From positions 1-43,581 of the forward strand of contig CAZGSN010000667.1 of assembly GCA_964528465.1 (NCBI GenBank): a stretch of DNA of 43,581 bases, read 5' to 3'. The translations under genes and the position numbers were made by a program. This DNA comes from an uncultured Candidatus Binatia bacterium (GTDB lineage: Bacteria; Desulfobacterota; Binatia; HRBIN30). Shown one piece after another: positions 7,311 through 15,385 of this stretch. Numbering within the stretch: the first letter of the stretch is position 1; every line of letters starts with the position of its first letter. The notes beneath the pieces were generated by a model that saw nothing but the letters and a program-made list of their open reading frames with translations, ran no database searches and had not been told where the DNA came from.

Positions 7311-9953
7311 CTACTTCTCCGTGGGAATGCGCACGAGCTTGTTTTCGAGTTCGGCGACAATCACCTCGTGTCGCTGCGCGTCGAAGGCAATGCCCATCGG
7401 TGTGCGGAACTTCCCTTGCTCTGCGGTGATGGTGCGCTTGAGCTTGCCGTCCACCGTGTAGGCGCGGACTTCCTTCGCAAGCGGAACGGTGACCCAGATC
7501 GTACCGTCGGGAGCAATAGTGAGATGAGGCTCCGACCACGCGCCGCCCTGCCAGCCTTCCACCGCAAACTGCTTGAGAGGCTTGCCGTCGGGGGTAAACA
7601 CTTGCACACGGCCGTTGCCGTTGTCGCAGACGTAAACATTCCCCTTACCATCCACAGCAATGCCGACGGGCTCCAGGAAGGTGCCGACGGTGCCGCCTTT
7701 GCTGCCCCAGTCTGCCTGCCGTGCCCCTTGCGGTGAGAAACGCAGGACGCGGTTGTTCCCGGTGTCGGTGACGTAAACAGTTCCATCGCTTGCCACCGCC
7801 ACACCACGCGGGCCAAAGAGGCCGCCGCCGAATTGGCGCAGGAACTTGCCGTCTTCGTTGAATACCTGAATGCGTTGGTTCCAGGTGTCGGCAACATGGA
7901 TGGAGCCGTCTGGTCCAACGGCGACGTCACAAGGTTCCTTGAAGAATCCGACTTGGTCTCCTTGCGTTCCCCACTGTGCCAGCGGACGGAGGTCGGGCGA
8001 AAATTGCTGGATGCGATGATTGCCAAAGTCTGCAACGAGAATGTTCCCCTTGCCGTCGATGGAGATGCCACGCGGTTGGTGCAGCATGCCCAACGGCTCG
8101 CTGGCAGTGGGCATCTGATCGGGGGCACTAGCTCCCGGCGCCCGTCCCAGAGACTGTACGTCGGTTTGCGAATTGACCGGCAGCGTCGGCCACGACGGCT
8201 CTCTAGGCACCGCTCTCACATCCACTTCCTCGACGCGCAAGAGCTTGGCGATCAAAACACCGTCGTCATTTTCGGGATAGCGCACGTCTTCGAGCTTGTG
8301 ATTCGGAAAGCGCTGCAGCAAGGCGTTCAGGGCCGATGGGCCACGGTCGGTGAGCGGGATGATGAAAGCGGCGCCTTTGCCCTCGGGAGGTGCAATGTTG
8401 GCGCGGTTGACGAGGCTGATGTTTTCTACCCAGGTGTAGTTGCGACGCTCGGGATGCCCGACGCCCTGGTACGAAAGATAGGTGATGGTGTCGCGCGGCC
8501 AATTCGCACCGCCGACCCAAATGGCGTAGTCGGGCACCAAGCTCTTCACTAGGCGGCCGACCCTTGCGGTCTCCGGGTAGTATCCCCATACCGGACGCCG
8601 GTTGGGTCCGAGGAACTGCTGGTAGCTGTCGACGATGGCCGTGCCACACGTGAGCACCGCCAACGCTACTCCCAACCACACGCCGGCGCCCGGCAGCAAA
8701 CGCCGCAGTTGCTGGCGAAAGAACTCCACGCCGAGACCGGACATGAAAAACACAAACGGCATGGTGCCGATGCAGCGGTTCATGTTGGGGCGACTGATCC
8801 AGCCGGGAACCAACCCAAGCCCAAAGCCCAACAGCAGGAACTGCGCCCGCTCGTCGCGAATCTTGAGCACGCACCACAGCAGGCCGAAGACGAAGAACAC
8901 CGAGGCGGCGAGTTCCAAGCCGGGCTCACGCACGAAAAAGTCATCGCCGTTACCAGCCAAATTGAAGAGCAAGAAACTCTGGCGCACGGCCTGCCACATC
9001 TCGGCTTGCCCGCGTAGGGCGACAGCTCGGCTGTTGAAGATGCTCCAGTGCTTCACGGCAAACCAAGCCAGCGGCGCAATGGCAATTGCGAAGGCGACCG
9101 CACCGGCAAGCATGGCCCAGCCATAGCGGCGCAGAAAGCCGCGCAGCTTCCAGGATTGCAGGATCACCAGCGGTAGCCATGCCAAGAACAAGCCGGGCAA
9201 GACGCGGGAGGCGTTGTACGTATTGAGCGTGGCCGCGAGAAAGATGCCGGCGAGAGCAAAGTCCAAGGCCTTGGCGCGACGCATGCCGCGCACGAAGAAG
9301 CAGCAGGTGAGCACGGTGAAGAACGGCTGAAAATCCGAACGCCAGCCGGTACGGCTGAAGATCAAATGCCATCCGGAGCTGGCCAACAGCGTGGTGGCAA
9401 TCAGCGCTAGGCCCGAGCCGAAGCTGTTACGCGCCCACCAGTAGAAGAAGGGTAGGGTGAGGAACCCAGCCACCATGGACGGCGCTTCGATCGCCAACTG
9501 TGTGGGGCCGAGAAAATATTGCCCGACGGCTTTGAAGTAGAAGGTAAAGGTCTCACGCCCCCAGGCTTCATTGGCGTAAGCGATGTACGGCTCGCCGTTG
9601 AGAATGCGAATTCCATACATCGCTTCCCAGGCCGCATCGTGATTGATGCCCGGCGGGAACTCGCCGATGTTGTAGACAACGAAAAAGAGGCCGATCACGA
9701 GCACCGCGGCGAAGCCGATCTGTTCCTGAGCCGGCGATAACTCGACCGCGCCAGGGGAGGGCAGCTCCCGGGTGTCGTCGCTCAAGAAAAAGAGCAGGAC
9801 GAAACCGACCGCAGCCGTCAGCCACGCCCAAGCCGCTTGTTCGGGAAAGTACCTCCAAGACAGCCAATACTGCCCAATAAGCCCTGCCGCTGCCGTGGCG
9901 AGCAGCAGCAGCAGGCGTATCCAGCGTCGTGGTACGATAATGTCACTTGCCAT
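7311..9953 (-). CDS. Polytopic GT-C-fold (GT39/PMT_2/ArnT-like) membrane glycosyltransferase-like protein fused to a C-terminal six-bladed NHL-repeat propeller
   Basis: The N-terminal ~600 aa are strongly hydrophobic with many TM helices. The first-loop acidic motif is EFPPGINHDAAWEAMYG. The C-terminus (about nt 7314-8090) carries NHL blades ADFGNHRIQQF, ADTWNQRIQVF, TDTGNNRVLRF and CDNGNGRVQVF. The ATG 9953 start overlaps the upstream gene stop (9943-9945) by 11 nt; the track ORF uses GTG 10013. Confidence 0.8.
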   Translation of the reverse strand: MASDIIVPRRWIRLLLLLATAAAGLIGQYWLSWRYFPEQAAWAWLTAAVGFVLLFFLSDDTRELPSPGAVELSPAQEQIGFAAVLVIGLFFVVYNIGEFPPGINHDAAWEAMYGIRILNGEPYIAYANEAWGRETFTFYFKAVGQYFLGPTQLAIEAPSMVAGFLTLPFFYWWARNSFGSGLALIATTLLASSGWHLIFSRTGWRSDFQPFFTVLTCCFFVRGMRRAKALDFALAGIFLAATLNTYNASRVLPGLFLAWLPLVILQSWKLRGFLRRYGWAMLAGAVAFAIAIAPLAWFAVKHWSIFNSRAVALRGQAEMWQAVRQSFLLFNLAGNGDDFFVREPGLELAASVFFVFGLLWCVLKIRDERAQFLLLGFGLGLVPGWISRPNMNRCIGTMPFVFFMSGLGVEFFRQQLRRLLPGAGVWLGVALAVLTCGTAIVDSYQQFLGPNRRPVWGYYPETARVGRLVKSLVPDYAIWVGGANWPRDTITYLSYQGVGHPERRNYTWVENISLVNRANIAPPEGKGAAFIIPLTDRGPSALNALLQRFPNHKLEDVRYPENDDGVLIAKLLRVEEVDVRAVPREPSWPTLPVNSQTDVQSLGRAPGASAPDQMPTASEPLGMLHQPRGISIDGKGNILVADFGNHRIQQFSPDLRPLAQWGTQGDQVGFFKEPCDVAVGPDGSIHVADTWNQRIQVFNEDGKFLRQFGGGLFGPRGVAVASDGTVYVTDTGNNRVLRFSPQGARQADWGSKGGTVGTFLEPVGIAVDGKGNVYVCDNGNGRVQVFTPDGKPLKQFAVEGWQGGAWSEPHLTIAPDGTIWVTVPLAKEVRAYTVDGKLKRTITAEQGKFRTPMGIAFDAQRHEVIVAELENKLVRIPTEK

Positions 9954-12900
9954 AGGGGATGCGTAAGATGCGATGGTCGAGGTCGCTGACGGCAAGGTCA
10001 TCGTTGGCCACACTGTAGGCTACGGCCATCGGCGTCTCGAAGATGACGCCGGGGATGGTCTGCGATCGGATGGTGCGCAGGAGAGTACCGCTACGATCGT
10101 AGCCGCGAATCTCCTTCATGGTCGGTACCGTCACCCACAGTGTCCCCGCCTTGTCGACGGTGATGTGCGGCTCGGAGAATACTTTCGCTTCCCAACCGGA
10201 CACCGCGAACGAGCCCTGAAGCTGGCCGTCCCGCGAAAAGATCTGCACGCGAGCGTTGACGTTGTCGCAAACGAAAACGGTGCCGTCCTTGTCCACGGCA
10301 ATTCCCGTCGGCTCTTGGAACTTGCCCGGTGCCGTACCCTTGCCTCCCCACTCGGCTTCCTTCTCGCCGCGTGCCGACAGGCGCACGATGCGGTTGTTGC
10401 CGGTGTCGGCAACGAAGATGGATCCCTGGCTATCGACTGTGACACCGCGTGGCCCGTAGAAACCAAGCGCAGCCTCGCGCAGATACTTGCCTTCCTTGTC
10501 GAAGATCTGGATGCGCTGGTTCCAGGTATCGGCAACCACGACCTCGCCATTGGGTGCCACGGCAACATCACCCGGCTCATTGAACTGCCCGGGCAGCTCG
10601 CCTTTGCGGCCCCAGCCGCGCACGAACTTGAGATCCTTGTCCAACTCCTGGATGCGATGGTTGCCGAAGTCCGCGACCAGGATGTTGCCATCTGCCTTCA
10701 CGGCCACGCCGCGTGGCTGCTGTACTTGCCCCGGTGCATCCTGTGGCAGTGGTGCTTCCGCAGCTCCGGGAATGTCGGGAATCTCTTCGACCGTGGTGAG
10801 CGGCATGCCACCGGTAAACGTATCGTTGACGGCGAAGATGGTGACACCCGGGTTCTGGTACACAGGGGTCAGCAGGTCGGTCCACTCCCGGAAGCGCTCC
10901 AAATTGCCGCCCGCATAGGTGCGCCGTTCGAGGGCACCAACGAACACAAAGGCAACGTGGTAGCGCTGGAAAATGGAGCTGGCGATGTCCTTGCTCTCGG
11001 TGGTGTAGGCCAGTTGGATGTCGGCCTTGCGTTGATTGATCTGGTTCCACGGATGAGCGCGTTGGAACACATGGTACGACCACCCCAACACCGTCGGCAG
11101 ACCGGTGTTCATCGAGACGCGGGTGAACTCCTGATACGAATCGCCATGCGCTTCCATGAGCACCGGAATGCCACGCACGTTGCGGTTCAACCATTCATAG
11201 GCGGCAGCTTCGTCGGGGGCGCGCAGCGGCAAGTAGGCGCGGCCGTTGAGTGTCGGCCGTGGCGTTACCACGCGGTTGGTCTGCAAGATTCCGTATGCTG
11301 CCGTGCCGGCGGTGAACAGGCCGACGCCAACCACCACTACCATCGCCAACTGCCAGGCGCGCCGCAGCCACTTGGACAGCAGTGAGGCCTGCCACAGGGC
11401 TTGCGCGGTTACCGCCGCAGCCAGCGCGAACATGAACCAAGCCTCCAGGTAAAACTTGAAGATGGTGTTCATGCGGTCCCAGACGTAGACCAGGTCGGTA
11501 CCTGCCGTTACCGCAAAGGCAAACGTCGCGAAGGCCAGCGGCAAGCGCCAGCGGCGTTCCGTCTTGGGACTGAGGACGACCTGAAATCCTAGTAGGAAAA
11601 GAATCAACGCAAAGGCGCGGGTGGAAATGAACAGGCTCGCTGCCATGGCTGCCAGCCCGAGCACGGCAATGCCAATCCGCAGTGGACCAAGCGTGCCGTC
11701 GGCGCGGCGCAACTCGCGTACCCAGGAGGCAAACAGGAACGGCACCAAGGCACAGAAGAAGACGCCCCATATGGTGAGGAAATCCAGCGGTTGGACGAGC
11801 TTGTCCGGACCCAAAACCTCCCAACCGATGTTGCGCTCCGGCGGGTTGAAGTTTTGCCAGAAGGGCATGAACAGGAAGTACGCGCCGGCAGCGATGAGCA
11901 CGGTGGGGAACAAGACGCGCCCGAGCAGGCCGCCGATGAAACTAAAGAAGCCGGGATGCGATCCTTCGGTAAGCCACACCACGCCAAGCACGAACGGGAA
12001 GAAGAGGACGTAGGTCGGCGTGCTCCAGGCGTTGGTCACGGTGATGGTTCCAAGACACAACGACAGGAGGGCAAACACCGCCAAACGAGCCCCGGCGGGC
12101 ACGTACTCGTAACGGTCGAGGATCGTGTCGCGAATCCACAACACGGTGAGGGTGATGAAAGTCACGGTGATGGGCATCACCATCATGTGTGCGTGCAGGT
12201 CGGCGAACAGCAGGCTCCAGAACGGATACTCGTTGATGGTGTCGCGGATGACGCGCGAGGTCGCCCAGAAGTAATCGAAATTCATGGTCGGATGCGGCCC
12301 CATGAGTTCGCGCGGGCCAGAGAGGTTGCCGATCAAGGTCACGAACAACGCCGCAATGGCGCCGGTCGACCAGCGTTGGGTCAGCGCCGCCCCGGCAGCA
12401 AACGCCGCAACCGTGGTAAGTCCGCCGATCAAGCCGATGCCGATATTGAAGAGGTACCCGGTTTCAATGTTGAGCAGCTTGCCCATCGCCGCAATCGAGT
12501 AGTAGCCGAAGTAGGAGTACTGCAGCGGTGAGCCGGCAAACCACGGCTCCGGTGGCGGCAGGCTGGTGGCGCGCGTAATGGCGTTGAGGAAGGAGAAGTC
12601 CATGGGCTTCTCGCCCCAATAGATCTCCGGGTTGAAGGAGCGGATGGCAAGGAAGAACAAGAAGGCGCCCCAAAACACGATCTGGGTGGCCACCGCCTCG
12701 CTCACCGGTGTACGCTCGCGATCCGGGCGCCGCCAGGCGCGCACGCCACACAGGATCATGAAGCCAGCCACGAGCAACAGCGTGTCGCGCGTGAACTTGG
12801 CCATGTCGAGGCTAACGACGAGCCACGACAGGTAGGAGAACAACAGAATTCCCAGCGTCTTGGAGATGGCCAGCGTTCCCGGTCCGGGCAGGCGCCGCTT

Positions 12901-14739
12901 CAGTACGGGGTATACCGCCAAGCTGAGGATCTCGACCAGCGCCGCGAACAACAAGAGAGCCATAGGACCGGAAGCCACCGGCGTGCTTTCGCTGGTTGCC
13001 ACCGTGGTCTCGCCGGCATTTGCCGTGGCTCCATGGTCCTCGGTGCCGGCTAGCAGGAGGTCGTCGCGGGTCATGGGCCGCGACGGTTGACCGCGCATGA
13101 TCTTGTCGAAGATGACCTCGGTGCTGAGCTTCTCGACGTTTTGGAAGATCAGTACCTTGGGATGGTCGTAGACGGTCAGCGATTCGTCGGCGAGTTCGTC
13201 GGGGAACTCGATGCCGAACAAGGTGGGGCGGGCGTGGATCTCCTGCACGATCTTGAAGCCGAGGTCGCCGGCAAACAGCAGGTAGAAATAATTCGAGGTG
13301 TGCGGATAGCGTTCGGGGGCGCGGGTTACGGCACCGTAAAGACGCTTGGTCTGGAAGGCGATGTAGTCGCTGGAGGCAAGCTCGCTGGCGAGCTTGTTCA
13401 TCTTGGCGGAGTTGTCCGGGCGCTCGTAGTAGCCAAAGTTGGTGATCTTGTACTGGCTACTCGGCGAGCGAGGGAAGGTGAACGGAAAGCCCTCGTCCCA
13501 ATCCTGCGAGAGAATTTTGCTGCCGGCGGGGATGTGCTTGTACACCCACTGCGAGGCGCGCACGACGGTGTGGTCTTGCGTGTACGTCGACAGGAAGGCG
13601 GCGGCTGTCGCCAGGGTGCCGGCGATAACTGCCGGCGCCAAGCTGCGTCCGAGAATGCCACCTTGGCGATAGCGACGCACGATCCACTCGGCGGCCCAAA
13701 GAATGAGGAGCGGGTAGATGGGCAGCAGGTAGCGCGGAAACTTCACCTCGAACCAGCCGGTGATGAGGAAGAATGGAATCACCCACGACAGCAGAATCCA
13801 GTCGCTGGCGCTGCGATTGCGCCAAGCCGCGGTAACCCGCAGCAGGGTAGCCCAAATGGTGGCCAAGCCTAGAGCCGGACCCATCCCCCACACGGCCATC
13901 TGCGTGAGATCGTAGATGTACTTGGGGGTGTGCATGTACTGCGTCGTGTAGGCGAACTGCCCGGCATTCCGCACCATGCCGCTTTGCTCGACGATATCGT
14001 GGTAGAAGCGATCGAAATCGAGCAACGCGTAGGGCTCGGCCAAGGCGAAGGCCACAAACGCTGCGACCACGGCGGCAGCCAGCTTGCCGGTGACTGCGAA
14101 GAAGCGGCGTTCGACGATCAGCCGATGCAAAGCCGCAATGCCGAGCGGCAAGAACAGCGGCATGGCGCTGAACTTACATGCCGTGGCCAAACCGATGGCG
14201 GCACCGGCGGCAAGGAAGCTGCGCATCTTGCCGTCGTCGCTGACGCGCAAGAACTGCAGCATGCAGAAGAGGACGGTGAAGGTGAGGGTGACGTCGACGG
14301 CTAAGAAACGCGAGTTCTGAATGTGCAAGGCGCAGGCTGCGAGAAGAAGGGCGGCCACCAGGCCGACCTTCTCGTCGAACAAGCGTCGGCCCAAGAGGAA
14401 CAGGAGGAAAACGGTAAGCACGCCGAAGACAGCGGATTGGCGGCGGCCGTTGACGATGATGCCGTCATAGCTGGCAGCCATCGGGTCTACCCACGAAGCC
14501 GCCCCGGAAACGACACGGGCGATGTAGATGGGCAGGGAGCCGTAGGCAAAGAAGTCGGGGTTCCAACGGAATGGACTGAACGACAGCCGCTGCACGGCGG
14601 AGACGACGGCACGCTCGTCAGGATGAAAGAAATGCCGTTGATCCCACTCGATGTTGGTCAGGCGCGCAGCGGCTGCGAACAAGAGAATGGCGGCGAGTAA
14701 CAGACGAGGGCTAAATGCCCCTGAGCGACTACCGTTCAT
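9943..14739 (-). CDS. 1598-aa three-module membrane protein: GT39/PMT_2-like GT-C module + DUF2298 (Chlor_Arch_YYY-like) module + C-terminal NHL-repeat propeller
   Basis: The N-terminus reads LLFAAAARLTNIEWDQRHFFHPDERAV, followed by many TMs (about nt 13060-14739). The central module has GEKPMDFSFLNAITRATSLPPPEPWFAGSPLQYSYFGYY (nt 12497-12615), which is the DUF2298 hallmark, plus the C-terminal soluble part ...GIPVLMEAHGDSYQEFTRVSMNTGLPTVLGW. NHL blades ADFGNHRIQEL, ADTWNQRIQIF, ADTGNNRIVRL and CDNVNARVQIF lie at about nt 9946-10730. Confidence 0.85.
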   Translation of the reverse strand: MNGSRSGAFSPRLLLAAILLFAAAARLTNIEWDQRHFFHPDERAVVSAVQRLSFSPFRWNPDFFAYGSLPIYIARVVSGAASWVDPMAASYDGIIVNGRRQSAVFGVLTVFLLFLLGRRLFDEKVGLVAALLLAACALHIQNSRFLAVDVTLTFTVLFCMLQFLRVSDDGKMRSFLAAGAAIGLATACKFSAMPLFLPLGIAALHRLIVERRFFAVTGKLAAAVVAAFVAFALAEPYALLDFDRFYHDIVEQSGMVRNAGQFAYTTQYMHTPKYIYDLTQMAVWGMGPALGLATIWATLLRVTAAWRNRSASDWILLSWVIPFFLITGWFEVKFPRYLLPIYPLLILWAAEWIVRRYRQGGILGRSLAPAVIAGTLATAAAFLSTYTQDHTVVRASQWVYKHIPAGSKILSQDWDEGFPFTFPRSPSSQYKITNFGYYERPDNSAKMNKLASELASSDYIAFQTKRLYGAVTRAPERYPHTSNYFYLLFAGDLGFKIVQEIHARPTLFGIEFPDELADESLTVYDHPKVLIFQNVEKLSTEVIFDKIMRGQPSRPMTRDDLLLAGTEDHGATANAGETTVATSESTPVASGPMALLLFAALVEILSLAVYPVLKRRLPGPGTLAISKTLGILLFSYLSWLVVSLDMAKFTRDTLLLVAGFMILCGVRAWRRPDRERTPVSEAVATQIVFWGAFLFFLAIRSFNPEIYWGEKPMDFSFLNAITRATSLPPPEPWFAGSPLQYSYFGYYSIAAMGKLLNIETGYLFNIGIGLIGGLTTVAAFAAGAALTQRWSTGAIAALFVTLIGNLSGPRELMGPHPTMNFDYFWATSRVIRDTINEYPFWSLLFADLHAHMMVMPITVTFITLTVLWIRDTILDRYEYVPAGARLAVFALLSLCLGTITVTNAWSTPTYVLFFPFVLGVVWLTEGSHPGFFSFIGGLLGRVLFPTVLIAAGAYFLFMPFWQNFNPPERNIGWEVLGPDKLVQPLDFLTIWGVFFCALVPFLFASWVRELRRADGTLGPLRIGIAVLGLAAMAASLFISTRAFALILFLLGFQVVLSPKTERRWRLPLAFATFAFAVTAGTDLVYVWDRMNTIFKFYLEAWFMFALAAAVTAQALWQASLLSKWLRRAWQLAMVVVVGVGLFTAGTAAYGILQTNRVVTPRPTLNGRAYLPLRAPDEAAAYEWLNRNVRGIPVLMEAHGDSYQEFTRVSMNTGLPTVLGWSYHVFQRAHPWNQINQRKADIQLAYTTESKDIASSIFQRYHVAFVFVGALERRTYAGGNLERFREWTDLLTPVYQNPGVTIFAVNDTFTGGMPLTTVEEIPDIPGAAEAPLPQDAPGQVQQPRGVAVKADGNILVADFGNHRIQELDKDLKFVRGWGRKGELPGQFNEPGDVAVAPNGEVVVADTWNQRIQIFDKEGKYLREAALGFYGPRGVTVDSQGSIFVADTGNNRIVRLSARGEKEAEWGGKGTAPGKFQEPTGIAVDKDGTVFVCDNVNARVQIFSRDGQLQGSFAVSGWEAKVFSEPHITVDKAGTLWVTVPTMKEIRGYDRSGTLLRTIRSQTIPGVIFETPMAVAYSVANDDLAVSDLDHRILRIPYGK

Positions 14740-14842
14740 GTTTTCTTCTCAGGCCTCGTGAATAGGTTGTGTGCGCTGCGAGCCCAGCGCCGGCAGTGGT
14801 TGAGCTTGAAATGTGGCGGCACGGGGCTCCGATCTTGTGCAT

Positions 14843-14935
14843 GAATTCCTTCGCAAGGCAGAGCCTTGCCGGAATAAGTTCCCAGGCAGAGCCTGGGAAC
14901 CAGAATGCAGAATTCCTCGTTCCCAGGCTCTGCCC
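14843..14935. repeat. Tandem short hairpin units sharing the core AGGC-nnn-GCCT
   Basis: GCAAGGC-aga-GCCTTGC at 14853-14869. GTTCCCAGGC-aga-GCCTGGGAAC at 14878-14900 (perfect 10-bp stem). The preceding GAATTCCT(T/C)CG motif occurs at 14843 and 14911. Translations give FPGRAWEP and AEPGNEEF type spurious peptides. Confidence 0.65.
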
Positions 14936-15142
14936 TTAGCCTTACCCACAAATCGGCCGGCTGGACACCGACAGCAGAACGGAAAGGCAGCAAGGATCGG
15001 TATCCTCTCCCGTGCATCTCCTCAGCGGGGGAGAGGACACCGTATGGCTGGCGATGGAGCTTTTTTCGACCGAAAAGCCTTTCGGGGTACCGGTGTCCAG
15101 CACCCCGATTTGTGGGTAACGTAAAGGGCTCTGCCTGGGAAC
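14919..15142. repeat. 224-bp nested inverted-repeat element (MITE-like or structured-RNA-like)
   Basis: The arm at 14919-14970 (gttcccaggctctgcccttagccttacccacaaatcggccggctggacaccg) pairs with the reverse complement of 15091-15142 (gttcccaggcagagccctttacgttacccacaaatcggggtgctggacaccg), about 44 of 52 matches by eye. The core contains a 14-bp stem at 14998-15011 / 15029-15042 (cggtatcctctccc / gggagaggacaccg, 1 mismatch). It also contains a 6-bp hairpin at 15070-15085 (ccgaaa-agcc-tttcgg). Confidence 0.6.
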
Positions 15143-15155
15143 GAACGCAGGGTCT

Positions 15156-15172
15156 GCGAGGCTCAGCCTCGC
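15156..15172. repeat. Short hairpin GCGAGGC-tca-GCCTCGC of the same AGGC-nnn-GCCT family
   Basis: Perfect 7-bp stem with a 3-nt loop, read directly from the sequence. It lies 14 nt after the right arm of the 224-bp element. Confidence 0.55.
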
Positions 15173-15385
15173 GACCGGCAGCGGGGATTGATGCACAGTC
15201 CCTCCGTCCCGTGCGCCTGACATCATCGCTGCCTGACGCTGCAGCGGACAGAGTCCGATGCCACCGAGAAGTCCTCCAACCTTGAAAATGAACCGCTACT
15301 CTTCCGCCATCAGTGTTGCTTCGATGCATTGCGCTCGTACCTTGCCTTAGCTCAATCGGCGGACTGTGATTCCCATATCCCCGAC

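Noticed and set aside
6819-7736. Plus-strand 305-aa ORF spanning the methyltransferase/NHL gene junction
   Set aside because: It is an antisense shadow ORF typical of high-GC DNA. The sequence is Arg/Ala/Gly/His-rich with no motif, and both opposite-strand genes have clear family signatures.
9973-13872. Long plus-strand ORFs inside the 1598-aa gene (9973..11385, 470 aa; 11791..12531, 246 aa; 13087..13872, 261 aa) and minus-strand off-frame ORFs (10131..10691, 10577..11194, 11195..11824)
   Set aside because: These are shadow frames of a confidently coding region, with low-complexity Arg/Gly/Ala/His composition and no recognisable domains.
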